Of a stretch of 64,000 bases of DNA, positions 28,848 through 38,866 are shown in pieces. The notes beneath the pieces were generated by a model that saw only the letters and a program-made list of their open reading frames with translations, searched no databases and was not told where the DNA came from. Each line of letters starts with the position of its first letter. Position 1 is the stretch's first letter. The stretch is from Clostridia bacterium (GTDB lineage Bacteria > Bacillota > Clostridia > Oscillospirales > Butyricicoccaceae). Location of the stretch: assembly GCA_044426345.1 (NCBI GenBank), contig JAWXUP010000002.1, positions 32,017 to 96,016 on the forward strand, read 5' to 3'. Both the position numbers and the translations under genes were made by a program.

Positions 28848-28947
28848 TTAGGGGCGAACTGTGTTCGTCCGTGCCATATAATAAATTTGCACCATTTCAT
28901 TTTAAACGTACGCATTGGTTTTGACGGACGACCACATATCGCCCATA
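28848..28947. repeat. REP inverted doublet (type-1 forward, linker L1, degenerate type-1 inverted)
   Basis: TTAGGGGCGAACTGTGTTCGTCCGT-GCCATATAATAAATTTGCACC...-ACGGACGACCACATATCGCCCATAT; starts 4 nt after the stop codon. Confidence 0.85.
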
Positions 28948-28982
28948 TAAAACAGATATTTTAAAAAAATGTAAAAAAACAC

Positions 28983-29011
28983 TTGCAAAATTTGTTTTTT
29001 TGTGGTATTAT
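28983..29011 (+). promoter_or_regulatory. Sigma-A promoter of the rimP-nusA-infB operon
   Basis: TTGCAA-17 nt-TATTAT with a TG extended -10. Confidence 0.65.
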
Positions 29012-29038
29012 TACAATAATAGAATAATAATGATAAAG

Positions 29039-29064
29039 GAGTGGGTTTGAAACCCACTCTTTTT
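29039..29064 (+). terminator. Leader terminator/attenuator between the promoter and rimP
   Basis: GAGTGGGT-TTGAA-ACCCACTC followed by TTTTT, 20 nt before the rimP start. Confidence 0.65.
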
Positions 29065-29085
29065 GATTGAATAAAGGAGAATTTT

Positions 29086-29550
29086 ATGCAAAATAAAGAA
29101 CTTTGCACTCGCGTAACCGACCTTGTTATGCCTAAAATACAAGAATTAGGCATTGACTTATGGGACGTTGACTTTGAAAAAGAAGGCTCTATTTACTGTT
29201 TGAACATCTATTTAGATGGCGATCGCGAAATTTCTATCGAAGATTGCGAAAAAGTTAGTAGATTTGTAGACCCTTTGCTTGATGCTAGAGTTTTTGACAG
29301 CCTGCCACCATATACGCTTTGTGTTGCGTCAGCGGGACTTGAAAGAAAATTAATAAAACCTTCGCATTTTGAAAAATATATCGGCGAAGTTATCCACGTG
29401 GGATTTTATAAAGCTATCGACGGTATGAAAACTGTTGAAGGTGAGCTTATACAATATAATAATGGTGACATAACAATAAATTTAGATGGTGTTGAACGTA
29501 CTTTCGAAAAATCGTTAGTATCAGTAGCACGTCTTGTTGTACAATTTTAA
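29086..29550 (+). CDS. rimP: Ribosome maturation factor RimP
   Basis: 154 aa directly upstream of nusA; the sequence follows the RimP pattern. Confidence 0.9.
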   Translation: MQNKELCTRVTDLVMPKIQELGIDLWDVDFEKEGSIYCLNIYLDGDREISIEDCEKVSRFVDPLLDARVFDSLPPYTLCVASAGLERKLIKPSHFEKYIGEVIHVGFYKAIDGMKTVEGELIQYNNGDITINLDGVERTFEKSLVSVARLVVQF

Positions 29551-29566
29551 GGAGTGATTTTAAAAA

Positions 29567-30637
29567 ATGAACGCAGAATTTTTTGGAGCATTAGAGCAAC
29601 TAGAGCTTGAAAAGGGAATTAAAGTAGATTATATGTTAGAACGTATCGCAGGTGCGTTAGTTACTGCATATAAAAAAGACAATGTAGGGATAATAGTAGA
29701 AAATGTGTACGTTGAACCTGATGTTAAACGTAAAGAAATCAATATGTTTGCAAAAAAAGAAGTTGTTGACATCGTTGAAGACCCTATTACTGAAGTATCT
29801 TTAGAAGATGCACGTTTAGTTGCTAAAACTGCAAACTATGGTGATATAGTATCAATCGACATTAAAACAAAAGATTTTGGACGTATTGCGGCTCAAACTG
29901 CAAAACAAGTTATCATTCAAGCTATCCGTGAAGCTGAACGTGGTATGATTGCTGAAAGTTTCTCTTCAAGAGAACACGAAATCCTAACTGCTACTGTTCT
30001 TCGTGTTGACCCAAGAACAGGCAACGCTATCTTAGAAATGACTACTGAAGGCGAAAAAGTTGAAGGTATTCTTACAATCGGCGAACAAGTTCGTAACGAA
30101 ATGTTAAATGATGGTGACCATATTAAAGTTTACGTTGTAGAAGTTAAAAAAGCTACAAAAGGCCCTCAAGTTATTATCTCAAGAACTCACCCAGGTCTTG
30201 TAAAACGTTTATTTGAAATCGAAGTTCCAGAAATTTCAGACGGTATCGTTGAAATTAAATCAATCGCGCGTGAAGCTGGTAACAGAACAAAAATGGCGGT
30301 TTATTCAAATGATACATCTATCGACCCTATCGGTGCTTGTGTTGGTAATTCAGGCGCTCGTGTTGCTGGCGTTGTAAATGAAATCAATGGCGAAAAAATT
30401 GACATCATTAAATATTCAGACGATATCGCAACTTACGTAGCAGCAGCATTAGCTCCAGCAACAATCGTAGCTTGCAAAGCATTAGGTGATACTAAAAACT
30501 GCGTAGCTGTTGTTCCAGATGACCAATTATCACTTGCAATTGGTAAAGAAGGACAAAATGCACGTTTAGCAGCAAAATTAACTGGCTGTAAAATAGATAT
30601 CAAACCTCAGTCACAAGTGGATTTAGCTGAATTTTAG
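29567..30637 (+). CDS. nusA: Transcription termination/antitermination factor NusA
   Basis: N-terminal domain, S1 and two KH domains ([11 protein letters not shown]..., [13 protein letters not shown]). Confidence 0.95.
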   Translation: MNAEFFGALEQLELEKGIKVDYMLERIAGALVTAYKKDNVGIIVENVYVEPDVKRKEINMFAKKEVVDIVEDPITEVSLEDARLVAKTANYGDIVSIDIKTKDFGRIAAQTAKQVIIQAIREAERGMIAESFSSREHEILTATVLRVDPRTGNAILEMTTEGEKVEGILTIGEQVRNEMLNDGDHIKVYVVEVKKATKGPQVIISRTHPGLVKRLFEIEVPEISDGIVEIKSIAREAGNRTKMAVYSNDTSIDPIGACVGNSGARVAGVVNEINGEKIDIIKYSDDIATYVAAALAPATIVACKALGDTKNCVAVVPDDQLSLAIGKEGQNARLAAKLTGCKIDIKPQSQVDLAEF

Positions 30638-30646
30638 GAGGTACTT

Positions 30647-30919
30647 ATGAAAACTCGTAAAGTACCAGTTAGACAATGTTTAGGCTGTAGAGAGCATTTT
30701 GAAAAACGCGAACTTATTCGTGTTGTAAAAAGTCCTGAAGGAGAAATTTCTTTGGATTTTAAAGGTAAAAGTGCTGGACGTGGCGCATATATATGCCAAA
30801 ATATAAATTGTCTTAACAAAGCCATAAAATCACGTGCAATTTCAAGGGCATTTGATATGGCAATACCAGAAGAAATATATGAAGTTCTTAAAAAAGAACT
30901 GGAAGGAAAAACTGATTGA
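30647..30919 (+). CDS. ylxR: YlxR/RnpM family RNA-binding protein (DUF448)
   Basis: R-x-C-x-GC motif (VRQCLGCREHF) and GRGAYIC. Confidence 0.9.
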   Translation: MKTRKVPVRQCLGCREHFEKRELIRVVKSPEGEISLDFKGKSAGRGAYICQNINCLNKAIKSRAISRAFDMAIPEEIYEVLKKELEGKTD

Positions 30920-31548
30920 ATAAAAACATTTTAGGTACAATTAGCATTTGCAAAAAAGCATCGAAACTTATAGCTGGTGCTGATGTAGTTTTTGCAGCAC
31001 TTGAAGAAAATAAGGCTAGACTTATTGTAGTATCAAGCGATTGCTCGCCAAAAACAATAAAACCGATAGTTTCATTAGCACAAATTAGAGGCGTTGCGGT
31101 GATGACTGCTCCTTGTACAAAAGAGGAACTAGGAATTTCTTGTGGAAAATCGGTATGTGCGGTCGTTGCGATAACAGATATTGGGCTTGCATCTTCGCTA
31201 GGCAAAAAATTAGCTACATCATCAGAGAAAAATGAGCAAGTGTCACAAGTTTTAGATTTAAAGCTTAAACGTAAAATTGAGCGTGAGGAACGTAAAGCTG
31301 ACCCAACTCAAGCACGCGTTAAAAAACCTAAAGTTGAATATCATAAAGATAAAGACCTTCGAACAGAAAATAAAGAACAAAAACATAAATTTGATGATAA
31401 AAAGCCAAGATACGATGAAATTCGTAAAAAGGCTAGAAATGATAGCAAAAAAACTTATAAAAAACACGATGATGAAAATTCATCTTTAAAATATAACGAC
31501 GCTCCGCCTACAAATGGCGTAAAATGGAGCAAATTTAATAACAAATAA
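30916..31548 (+). CDS. ylxQ: L7Ae-family YlxQ-like protein with a roughly 110-aa Lys/Arg/Asp-rich C-terminal extension
   Basis: TTG start overlapping the ylxR stop. The N-terminal 100 aa align with YlxQ (KASKLIAGADVV...LIVVSSDCS...AVVAITD). The rest is low-complexity and basic. Confidence 0.8.
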   Translation: MNKNILGTISICKKASKLIAGADVVFAALEENKARLIVVSSDCSPKTIKPIVSLAQIRGVAVMTAPCTKEELGISCGKSVCAVVAITDIGLASSLGKKLATSSEKNEQVSQVLDLKLKRKIEREERKADPTQARVKKPKVEYHKDKDLRTENKEQKHKFDDKKPRYDEIRKKARNDSKKTYKKHDDENSSLKYNDAPPTNGVKWSKFNNK

Positions 31549-31566
31549 TATATGGAGGTGTAAAAT

Positions 31567-33963
31567 ATGAAACATCGTATTCAAGATATTGCAAAAGATT
31601 TAAAAATGGCTAAAAAAGACGTGCTAGATTTACTAAAAGATGTAAGTCCTAACGCACAATCTATTGATGATGATACTCTAAATTACTTACTTGAAAAAGT
31701 TACAAAAAATAACCAAGTTACTGATATGGCACAAGCACTAGAGGCACAAAAATCAGCTAAACCTGTTGAGAAAAAAGAGGCTAAAAAACCAGCACCAAAA
31801 GCTGAGGAAGTGGCAAAACCTGTAGCTAAACCTGTAGCAAAACCTGAGGTTAAACCAGCACCAAAACCACAACAAAAACCTCAAGCGAAAGCTCAACCAA
31901 AACACCAAGTGTTACGTCCAACTCCGAAAGAACAACCTGTTACTGGTGGCGTTACAATTAAAACAGACGAAACTCCAGCTACACCAAATATGCGTGTAAT
32001 TGACACTCGTTCTGGTGGTGACACAAACCTTGCAAAATATGATGATAAAATCGACAACTTAGTTCCAGATAAAGCATCAAAAATGCAACAAGGTAAGCAA
32101 AAAATCGTTAAAAAATCTGATTCTCGTAGCAGATACGGTCAAAATAAAAAACGTCAAGAAGACCAAGAACGTATGAAAAGACTTGCTGCAATGCAAGCTA
32201 AAACAAAAGCTACAAAAGTTCACGTTCAAATTCCAGAAGAAATCGCAGTTGGTGAGTTAGCTCTTCGTTTAAAACGTACAGCAGCAGATGTTATCAAAGA
32301 ACTTATGAAACTTGGTGTTATGGCATCTATTTCTCAAGTTATCGATTTTGATACAGCAGCTTTGGTTGCAGAAGAAATGAACGGAATTGTTGAAAAAGAA
32401 GTATTTGTAACTATCGAAGAACGTCTATTTGACGAAACTGATGATAATGCAGAAGACTTAGTATCAAGAGATCCAGTTGTTGTTGTTATGGGTCACGTTG
32501 ACCACGGTAAAACTTCACTTCTTGATGCTGTTCGTAAAGCAAAAGTTGCAGATGGCGAAGCAGGTGGTATCACTCAACATATCGGTGCTTACCAAACTGA
32601 AATCAACGGTCAAAAAATCACATTCCTTGACACTCCAGGACATGCTGCGTTTACTTCAATGCGTGCTCGTGGTGCTCAAGTTACCGACATCGCAATCTTA
32701 GTGGTTGCGGCCGACGACGGTATTATGCCACAAACAATCGAGGCAATTAACCACGCAAAAGCTGCTGAAGTTCCAATTATCGTTGCAGTTAACAAAATGG
32801 ATAAAGAGGGTGCAAACCCAGATAGAATTATGCAACAACTTACAGAATACGAACTTGTTCCAGAAGAATGGGGTGGTTCTACAACTGTATGTAAAATCTC
32901 TGCAAAATTCGGTAAAGGTATCGATGAATTACTAGAAATGGTACTTTTAACTGCTGAAGTTGAAGAATTAAAAGCAAATCCAAACCGTCAAGGTAAAGGT
33001 ACTGTAATCGAGGCAAAACTTGATAAAGGTCGTGGTCCAGTTGCTACACTTTTAGTTCAAAATGGTACGCTTAAAACTGGTGATATCATTATCGCTGGTA
33101 CATCTGTTGGACGTGTTCGTGCTATGACAGATGATTTAGGCAATAAACTTGAATTTGCAGGTCCTTCTATGCCAGTTGAAGTTATCGGTTTAGCTGAAGT
33201 TCCATCTGCTGGTGAATTATTCTATTGTGTTGAAAACGAAAGAATGGCTCGTGAACTTGCAGAACAACGTAAAGATGACGAAAAAACTGCTAAAAATAAC
33301 GCATTACAAAAAGTTACACTTGATAATCTGTTCTCTCAAATTGAACAAGGTTCTATCAAAAACTTAAATATCATCGTAAAAGCAGACGTTCACGGTTCTA
33401 CAGAAGCACTTAAAGCATCGCTTGAAAAATTACATCAAGAAGACGTTCGCGTTCGTGTAATTCACTCTGGTGTTGGTGCGATTTCTGAATCAGACGTTAT
33501 GCTTGCAGCAGCATCTGGCGCTATCATCGTTGGTTTCAACGTTCGTCCAGAAAGAACAGCATATGACGTTGCATCTGCACAAGACGTAGATATGAGAATG
33601 TACAGCATTATTTATCAATGTATCGAAGAAATCGAAACAGCGATGAAAGGTATGCTTGCAATTAAATACAAAGAAGTTGTGCTTGGTCACGCTGAAGTAC
33701 GTCAAGTATTCAAAGTTACTGGCGTTGGTACTATCGCTGGTGCGTATGTACAAGATGGTAAATTATCACGTAACGCAGAAGTTCGTGTTGTTCGTGATGG
33801 TATCGTATTCCACGAAGGCAAACTAAATTCGTTAAAACGTTTCAAAGACGATGCGAAAGACGTTGCAGCAGGCTATGAATGTGGTCTAGGTGTTGAAGAT
33901 TACAACGACATCAAAGAAGGCGACATCATTGAATGTTACATTATGGAAGAAATTAAAAGATAA
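31567..33963 (+). CDS. infB: Translation initiation factor IF-2
   Basis: G domain [21 protein letters not shown]; a Pro/Lys/Ala-rich N-terminal region. Confidence 0.97.
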   Translation: MKHRIQDIAKDLKMAKKDVLDLLKDVSPNAQSIDDDTLNYLLEKVTKNNQVTDMAQALEAQKSAKPVEKKEAKKPAPKAEEVAKPVAKPVAKPEVKPAPKPQQKPQAKAQPKHQVLRPTPKEQPVTGGVTIKTDETPATPNMRVIDTRSGGDTNLAKYDDKIDNLVPDKASKMQQGKQKIVKKSDSRSRYGQNKKRQEDQERMKRLAAMQAKTKATKVHVQIPEEIAVGELALRLKRTAADVIKELMKLGVMASISQVIDFDTAALVAEEMNGIVEKEVFVTIEERLFDETDDNAEDLVSRDPVVVVMGHVDHGKTSLLDAVRKAKVADGEAGGITQHIGAYQTEINGQKITFLDTPGHAAFTSMRARGAQVTDIAILVVAADDGIMPQTIEAINHAKAAEVPIIVAVNKMDKEGANPDRIMQQLTEYELVPEEWGGSTTVCKISAKFGKGIDELLEMVLLTAEVEELKANPNRQGKGTVIEAKLDKGRGPVATLLVQNGTLKTGDIIIAGTSVGRVRAMTDDLGNKLEFAGPSMPVEVIGLAEVPSAGELFYCVENERMARELAEQRKDDEKTAKNNALQKVTLDNLFSQIEQGSIKNLNIIVKADVHGSTEALKASLEKLHQEDVRVRVIHSGVGAISESDVMLAAASGAIIVGFNVRPERTAYDVASAQDVDMRMYSIIYQCIEEIETAMKGMLAIKYKEVVLGHAEVRQVFKVTGVGTIAGAYVQDGKLSRNAEVRVVRDGIVFHEGKLNSLKRFKDDAKDVAAGYECGLGVEDYNDIKEGDIIECYIMEEIKR

Positions 33964-33974
33964 AATTATAAATG

Positions 33975-34440
33975 GGGGACGAACTGTGTTCGTCCCTTAT
34001 GTTTAAATTTGGTGGAATTTGTCACTAAATTTATTGTGCGAAAGCTCCCTGCACGCACAAAAAAACAACGCACCTTGTAGGGGCGACCTGTGGTCGCCTG
34101 TGACCACGATATAAAATATCACCATTTTGAAAAAACAACACACCGTAGGGGACGGCGTCCTCGACGTCCCGTTTGCCGTATAATAAGTTTGCAAAAATTA
34201 TCTTTAACGGACGTATTGGTATGACGGGCGAACACAGTTCGCCCCTACAAAAAAACAACGCACCCTTGTAGGGGAGACCTGTGGTCGCCTGTGACCACGA
34301 TATAAAATATCGCCATTTTGAAAAAAACAACACACCGTAGGGGACGGCGTCCTCGACGTCTCGTTTGTCGTATAATAAGTTTGCAAAAATTACGTTTAAC
34401 GGACGTATTGGTATGACGGGCGAACACAGTTCGCCCCTAC
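33975..34440. repeat. REP mosaic between infB and rbfA, including a roughly 192-bp unit duplicated in tandem
   Basis: Headless type-1 hairpin 33975-33997. Then twice: type-3 GTAGGGGCGACCTGTGGTCGCCTGTGACCAC, type-2 variant GTAGGGGACGGCGTCCTCGACGTCCCGT, linker L1, and type-1 inverted. Starts are 34077/34268, 34145/34338 and 34224/34416. Confidence 0.9.
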
Positions 34441-34502
34441 TGTGCAAAAATATCATTATATCATCATATAATCAACATCATAAAAACTAGGAGGAAAACC
34501 TT

Positions 34503-34877
34503 ATGGCTAAAAGAATAGATAGAATTAACGAAGAAGTACTAAAAGCATTATCAGAATTATTAAGAACAGTAAAAGACCCACGTATGGCACACGGATTAGT
34601 GTCAATTAGGCATTGCGAAGTTACAAATGATTTAAGCTTTGCTACAGTTTATGTAAGCGTACTCGGCACTGAAAATGACGGTAAAGAAGTTATGAAAGCA
34701 TTAAATTCTGCGAGTGGATATTTACGTCGCGAATTAGGTCGCAAAGTTAAACTTCGTCACACACCAGAGCTTATTTTAAAACTTGATGATTCTATAACTT
34801 ACGGTGCTCACATCTCAAAAATCATTAACGATTTAGATATCAAACACGACGATGAAGAAGGTGAACTTGATGATTAA
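34503..34877 (+). CDS. rbfA: Ribosome-binding factor A
   Basis: AGGAGG RBS; RIDRINEEVLKALSELL...VSIRHCEVTNDLSFATVYVS. Confidence 0.95.
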   Translation: MAKRIDRINEEVLKALSELLRTVKDPRMAHGLVSIRHCEVTNDLSFATVYVSVLGTENDGKEVMKALNSASGYLRRELGRKVKLRHTPELILKLDDSITYGAHISKIINDLDIKHDDEEGELDD

Positions 34878-35817
34878 TCAAGTATTAGACTTACTAAATC
34901 ACGATAATTTTCTGATTTTAACACATAAAAAACCAGATGGAGATACAACAGGTTCGGCATCTGCACTTTGTCAAATTTTGCGTGCTAAAGGTAAAACTGC
35001 ATACATTGCAAAAAATGAGGATATTACACCTCGTTATGCAGTGTTAGTCAATCCATATTTAGTACCAGATGATTTTTCGCACGATTTTATCATATCAACC
35101 GACGTTGCATCGACTGAACTTTTATGCGATAGTACGAAAAAATACGAAAATGATATCGATATGTGCATAGATCATCACTTTTTGTCGAATAATGGCTTTG
35201 CAAAACAAAATGTTATCATAGATACAGCTGCTTGTGGTGAAATTATTTATGATATCGCTGTTAAATTTGGTGTTGAATTAAATGAAGATATTGCACGTTC
35301 GATTTATATTTCAATCTCTACTGACACAGGCTGTTTTAAATATTCAAACACAACGGTAAATACGCATTTAGTAGCGGCTGAATGCCTAAAACATATCACT
35401 AACGCTGGCGAAATTAACCGTGAATTATTCGATATGAAAACTCGTCAACGTGTTGCAATAGAGCGTAAAATTTTGCAAGAAATGGAAATTTTATTTGATG
35501 GAAAAGTTGCTATTGTTGGGATTTCTAAGCAAGATAAAATTGAAACAGGCGCAACACCAGACGATTTAGACTCAATCGCTGCACTTCCTCGCTCTATCGA
35601 AGGCGTGTTAGTTGCGATTACACTAAACGAGCAAGATAATGGCGATATTAAAGTGTCAGCACGTTCTAGTGGTGACGCTAGTGCATCAGAAATTTGTTCG
35701 ATTTACGGCGGTGGAGGACATCTTCGCGCGGCTGGTGTAACATTTGCTGACGCTACTATGGAGCAAGCAAAAGAAAAAATGATAGAGGCTATAAAAAAGG
35801 TTTGTAAATATGTATAA
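34870..35817 (+). CDS. nrnA: DHH/DHHA1 phosphoesterase (NrnA-type oligoribonuclease/pAp phosphatase)
   Basis: HKKPDGD, DHH (CIDHH) and GGGH motifs. The start is ambiguous (34852 or 34870); both overlap the rbfA end. Confidence 0.85.
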   Translation: MINQVLDLLNHDNFLILTHKKPDGDTTGSASALCQILRAKGKTAYIAKNEDITPRYAVLVNPYLVPDDFSHDFIISTDVASTELLCDSTKKYENDIDMCIDHHFLSNNGFAKQNVIIDTAACGEIIYDIAVKFGVELNEDIARSIYISISTDTGCFKYSNTTVNTHLVAAECLKHITNAGEINRELFDMKTRQRVAIERKILQEMEILFDGKVAIVGISKQDKIETGATPDDLDSIAALPRSIEGVLVAITLNEQDNGDIKVSARSSGDASASEICSIYGGGGHLRAAGVTFADATMEQAKEKMIEAIKKVCKYV

Positions 35818-36712
35818 CGGCATAATTATTATAGATAAACCACAAGAATTTACGTCACATGATGTGATTGCAAAGCTTCGTGGTATGCTTAAAATGAGAA
35901 AAATGGGTCATTCAGGAACGCTTGACCCTATGGCGACTGGCATTTTACCGATTTTTTTAGGTAATGCAACTAGAGCGTCAGATTTTCACGGTGCAACTGA
36001 AAAAGAATATGTTGCAACATTTAAACTTGGTATCGAGACAACAACCGAGGATATTTGGGGCGAAATTATTAATACACAGCCTGTGGATATCAATGTGGAA
36101 AGTGTGTGCAAAGTTGTAGAAAGCTTTCACGGCAAGATTATGCAGACACCTCCTATGTACTCTGCAGTTAAAATAAAAGGACAAAGATTGTATGATATCG
36201 CGAGAAACGGTGGTACGGTTGAACGTCCAGCTCGTGAAATTGAAATTTTTGAAATAGAAATGCTTGCAGACGATACCTTGGAACAAAATGAGTACGCAAT
36301 ACGCGTTTTATGTTCAAAAGGTACGTATGTTAGAACAATTTGTGCAGATATTGGCAAAAAACTTGGTAATATCGCAACTCTTACGTCGCTTAGACGTACA
36401 AAATCAGGCGGATATTTCAAAGGATTTACACTTGATGAAATCCAAGAATTAGCTTATAATGATGATATAGAAAGTATTTTAATGCCGACAGACTCGGTTT
36501 TTTCTGGTTATCACAAAATGTCGGTGAATGAGCAAGGCTTTACGCGTCTAAAAAATGGTACGTTTGCTCGTGACACAGACTGTGAAAATTTCCCAGAAAA
36601 TTTTGAAACCGATGTTGCTGTGTATTATGATGATGTATTTTTTATGCTGGCAAAAAGCTCACCACTTTATGATGGTGGACGTGCTATTTTTCCGGTGAAA
36701 TCATTTTTTTAA
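35810..36712 (+). CDS. truB: tRNA pseudouridine(55) synthase TruB
   Basis: GIIIIDKPQEFTSHDV and the catalytic Asp context GHSGTLDPMATG. Confidence 0.95.
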   Translation: MYNGIIIIDKPQEFTSHDVIAKLRGMLKMRKMGHSGTLDPMATGILPIFLGNATRASDFHGATEKEYVATFKLGIETTTEDIWGEIINTQPVDINVESVCKVVESFHGKIMQTPPMYSAVKIKGQRLYDIARNGGTVERPAREIEIFEIEMLADDTLEQNEYAIRVLCSKGTYVRTICADIGKKLGNIATLTSLRRTKSGGYFKGFTLDEIQELAYNDDIESILMPTDSVFSGYHKMSVNEQGFTRLKNGTFARDTDCENFPENFETDVAVYYDDVFFMLAKSSPLYDGGRAIFPVKSFF

Positions 36713-36724
36713 AAGGAATTATTT

Positions 36725-37624
36725 ATGAAAAAACGTGTTATAGCTGTAGGATTTTTTGACGGTGTTCATAAAGGTCATATGGCTTTGATTAATAAAGTTT
36801 TGCAAGTATCAGGTGAAAAAAACTGTTCGTCAGCAGTGTTTACATTCAAAAAACACCCAGACGAGGTGGTTTTTAACACGCAAGTGCCACTTCTTTGCAG
36901 TAACGAATATAGAGAAACAGAAATTTTGAATTTCGGTGGTGTAGACGAAGTTTTTTTCTGGGATTTTGATGAAAAAAACGCAGCAATGCCTTGGGACGAT
37001 TTTGTGCGTGATGTGTTGATAGAACAATATAATGCTTGCCATATCGTTACAGGTGCAGATTTTCGTTTTGGACACAAAGGAATTGGTGATAGCAAAAAAC
37101 TTGCTGAGTTATGCGACAGACTTGGTGTTGGCTATGACGCTATAGACGAGGTTTGCGTTGATAATCAGCGTGTAAGTTCGAGTAATATTCGAAAATTAAT
37201 CGAGCAAGGTGACGTTGAACAGGCGAAAAATTTGCTGGGTCACCCATATTCAGTACAAGGAATTATTGAGCACGGACGAAAAGTTGGGCGTACTATCGGT
37301 ATTAGGACGATAAATTTATCACTTCCTACAGAGATGCAAAAGCCTGCAAATGGCGTATATATCAGCCGAGTTACTGTTGAAGGTAAGGCATACCAAGGCG
37401 TTACGAACGTAGGTACAGTACCAACTTTTTTAAATGATGATATAATTATAATCGAGGCACATTTACTGGAATTTAGCAAAGATGTATACGGAAAAAGAGC
37501 AAAAGTTGAGTTTTTAAAATTTTTGCGTTTCGAAAAGAAATTTGAGAGTATAGATGAATTAAAAGCTACAATTTTGCAAAATATAGAACAAACAAAAAAA
37601 TATTTTAAGGAGAATGTGTTATGA
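36725..37624 (+). CDS. ribF: Bifunctional riboflavin kinase / FMN adenylyltransferase
   Basis: GFFDGVHKGH N-terminus and kinase domain GRKVGRTIGIRTINL. Confidence 0.95.
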   Translation: MKKRVIAVGFFDGVHKGHMALINKVLQVSGEKNCSSAVFTFKKHPDEVVFNTQVPLLCSNEYRETEILNFGGVDEVFFWDFDEKNAAMPWDDFVRDVLIEQYNACHIVTGADFRFGHKGIGDSKKLAELCDRLGVGYDAIDEVCVDNQRVSSSNIRKLIEQGDVEQAKNLLGHPYSVQGIIEHGRKVGRTIGIRTINLSLPTEMQKPANGVYISRVTVEGKAYQGVTNVGTVPTFLNDDIIIIEAHLLEFSKDVYGKRAKVEFLKFLRFEKKFESIDELKATILQNIEQTKKYFKENVL

Positions 37625-38856
37625 TTAATCTCTTAGCTGGAGCGATTCAAATTCAAACAACAGCTGATGTTAATGATGAAAATATGCCAAAACTTCACTC
37701 ATATATAGAAAAAAACTTCCCACTTGTTAATAAAAATATGGAAAAAACTATCGTAGGGCAAAGTTTGGTATATAAATATAAAGGTGACGATAAAAATTTA
37801 ATGTTTTGTGGTCATATGGACGTTGTTGCGGCAAATCCAGAGTCTTGGGATTTTGACCCATACGGCGCAACAATTACGGACGGTTTTTTATATGGTAGAG
37901 GAGCTATCGACTGTAAAAATGTTGTAATCGGTCTTCTTTGCGCAATGGAAAGCCTATTTGAGCAAGGTTTTAAACCAAAACATACTGTATATCTTGCATT
38001 TGGTCACGATGAAGAAATTGGTGGTCCAAAAGGAGCTACGCAAATTGTTAAAATGCTAAAAGAACAAGGTGTGCACTTGGACTTGGTGTTAGATGAAGGT
38101 GGTCATGTGTCTGCAGATTTTCTACCGGATAGAAATTATGCGACGATTGCGCTTGCAGAAAAAAATATAATGCGTCTGAAAATTACAGCACCAGACAAAG
38201 GTGGTCACGCTGCATATATTAGTACAAAAACAGGGCTTTATCGTCTTTCAAAAGCAATTATTGCAATTGAAGATAATCCAATGCCTATAACAATTATTCC
38301 ATTAATTCAAAAATATAAAGATACTTTAGCAGAATTTTATCCAAACCTTGTGGAAAACTATGAAAATATAGCTAAAAATTCACCTTTCGTAAGAACTACT
38401 ATAGCGCCAACAATGGTTTCGGCATCAAAAGCGGCGAATATTTTACCAAATAATGCAAATGTAGTGTGTGATATTAGAATGTTACCAGGACAAACGATTG
38501 AAGGTGTTGTTGAGCATATAAAATCGGTTACACAAGACTTAGAGCTTGAGTATGAAGTAATAGCTAGTAGCGTTGGTGAAGGCCATGCTACAGATTTCAA
38601 TTCGGATTATTACAAAGCAGTTGAAAGTTTAATTAAAGAAAAATTTGATGATGCGATTGTGGTTCCTGCGCTTATGGCAGGAGGAACAGATGCACGTCAT
38701 TATCAAGAAATTTGCGATGTTGTTCTACGTTTTATGCCAATGCATATGACAATGGATTCTAGCAAAAGAATTCATACGGATAATGAACGTATCAGCGTAG
38801 AATCTTTTGAAAAAGCGGTTGATTTTTATAGAACATTTATCGAAAGAAATGTATAA
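37621..38856 (+). CDS. M20-family metallopeptidase (carboxypeptidase/deacylase-like)
   Basis: GHMDVV, GRGAIDCK and HDEEIGG metal-ligand motifs; ATGA overlap with ribF. Confidence 0.8.
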   Translation: MINLLAGAIQIQTTADVNDENMPKLHSYIEKNFPLVNKNMEKTIVGQSLVYKYKGDDKNLMFCGHMDVVAANPESWDFDPYGATITDGFLYGRGAIDCKNVVIGLLCAMESLFEQGFKPKHTVYLAFGHDEEIGGPKGATQIVKMLKEQGVHLDLVLDEGGHVSADFLPDRNYATIALAEKNIMRLKITAPDKGGHAAYISTKTGLYRLSKAIIAIEDNPMPITIIPLIQKYKDTLAEFYPNLVENYENIAKNSPFVRTTIAPTMVSASKAANILPNNANVVCDIRMLPGQTIEGVVEHIKSVTQDLELEYEVIASSVGEGHATDFNSDYYKAVESLIKEKFDDAIVVPALMAGGTDARHYQEICDVVLRFMPMHMTMDSSKRIHTDNERISVESFEKAVDFYRTFIERNV

Positions 38857-38866
38857 AATCATCACT

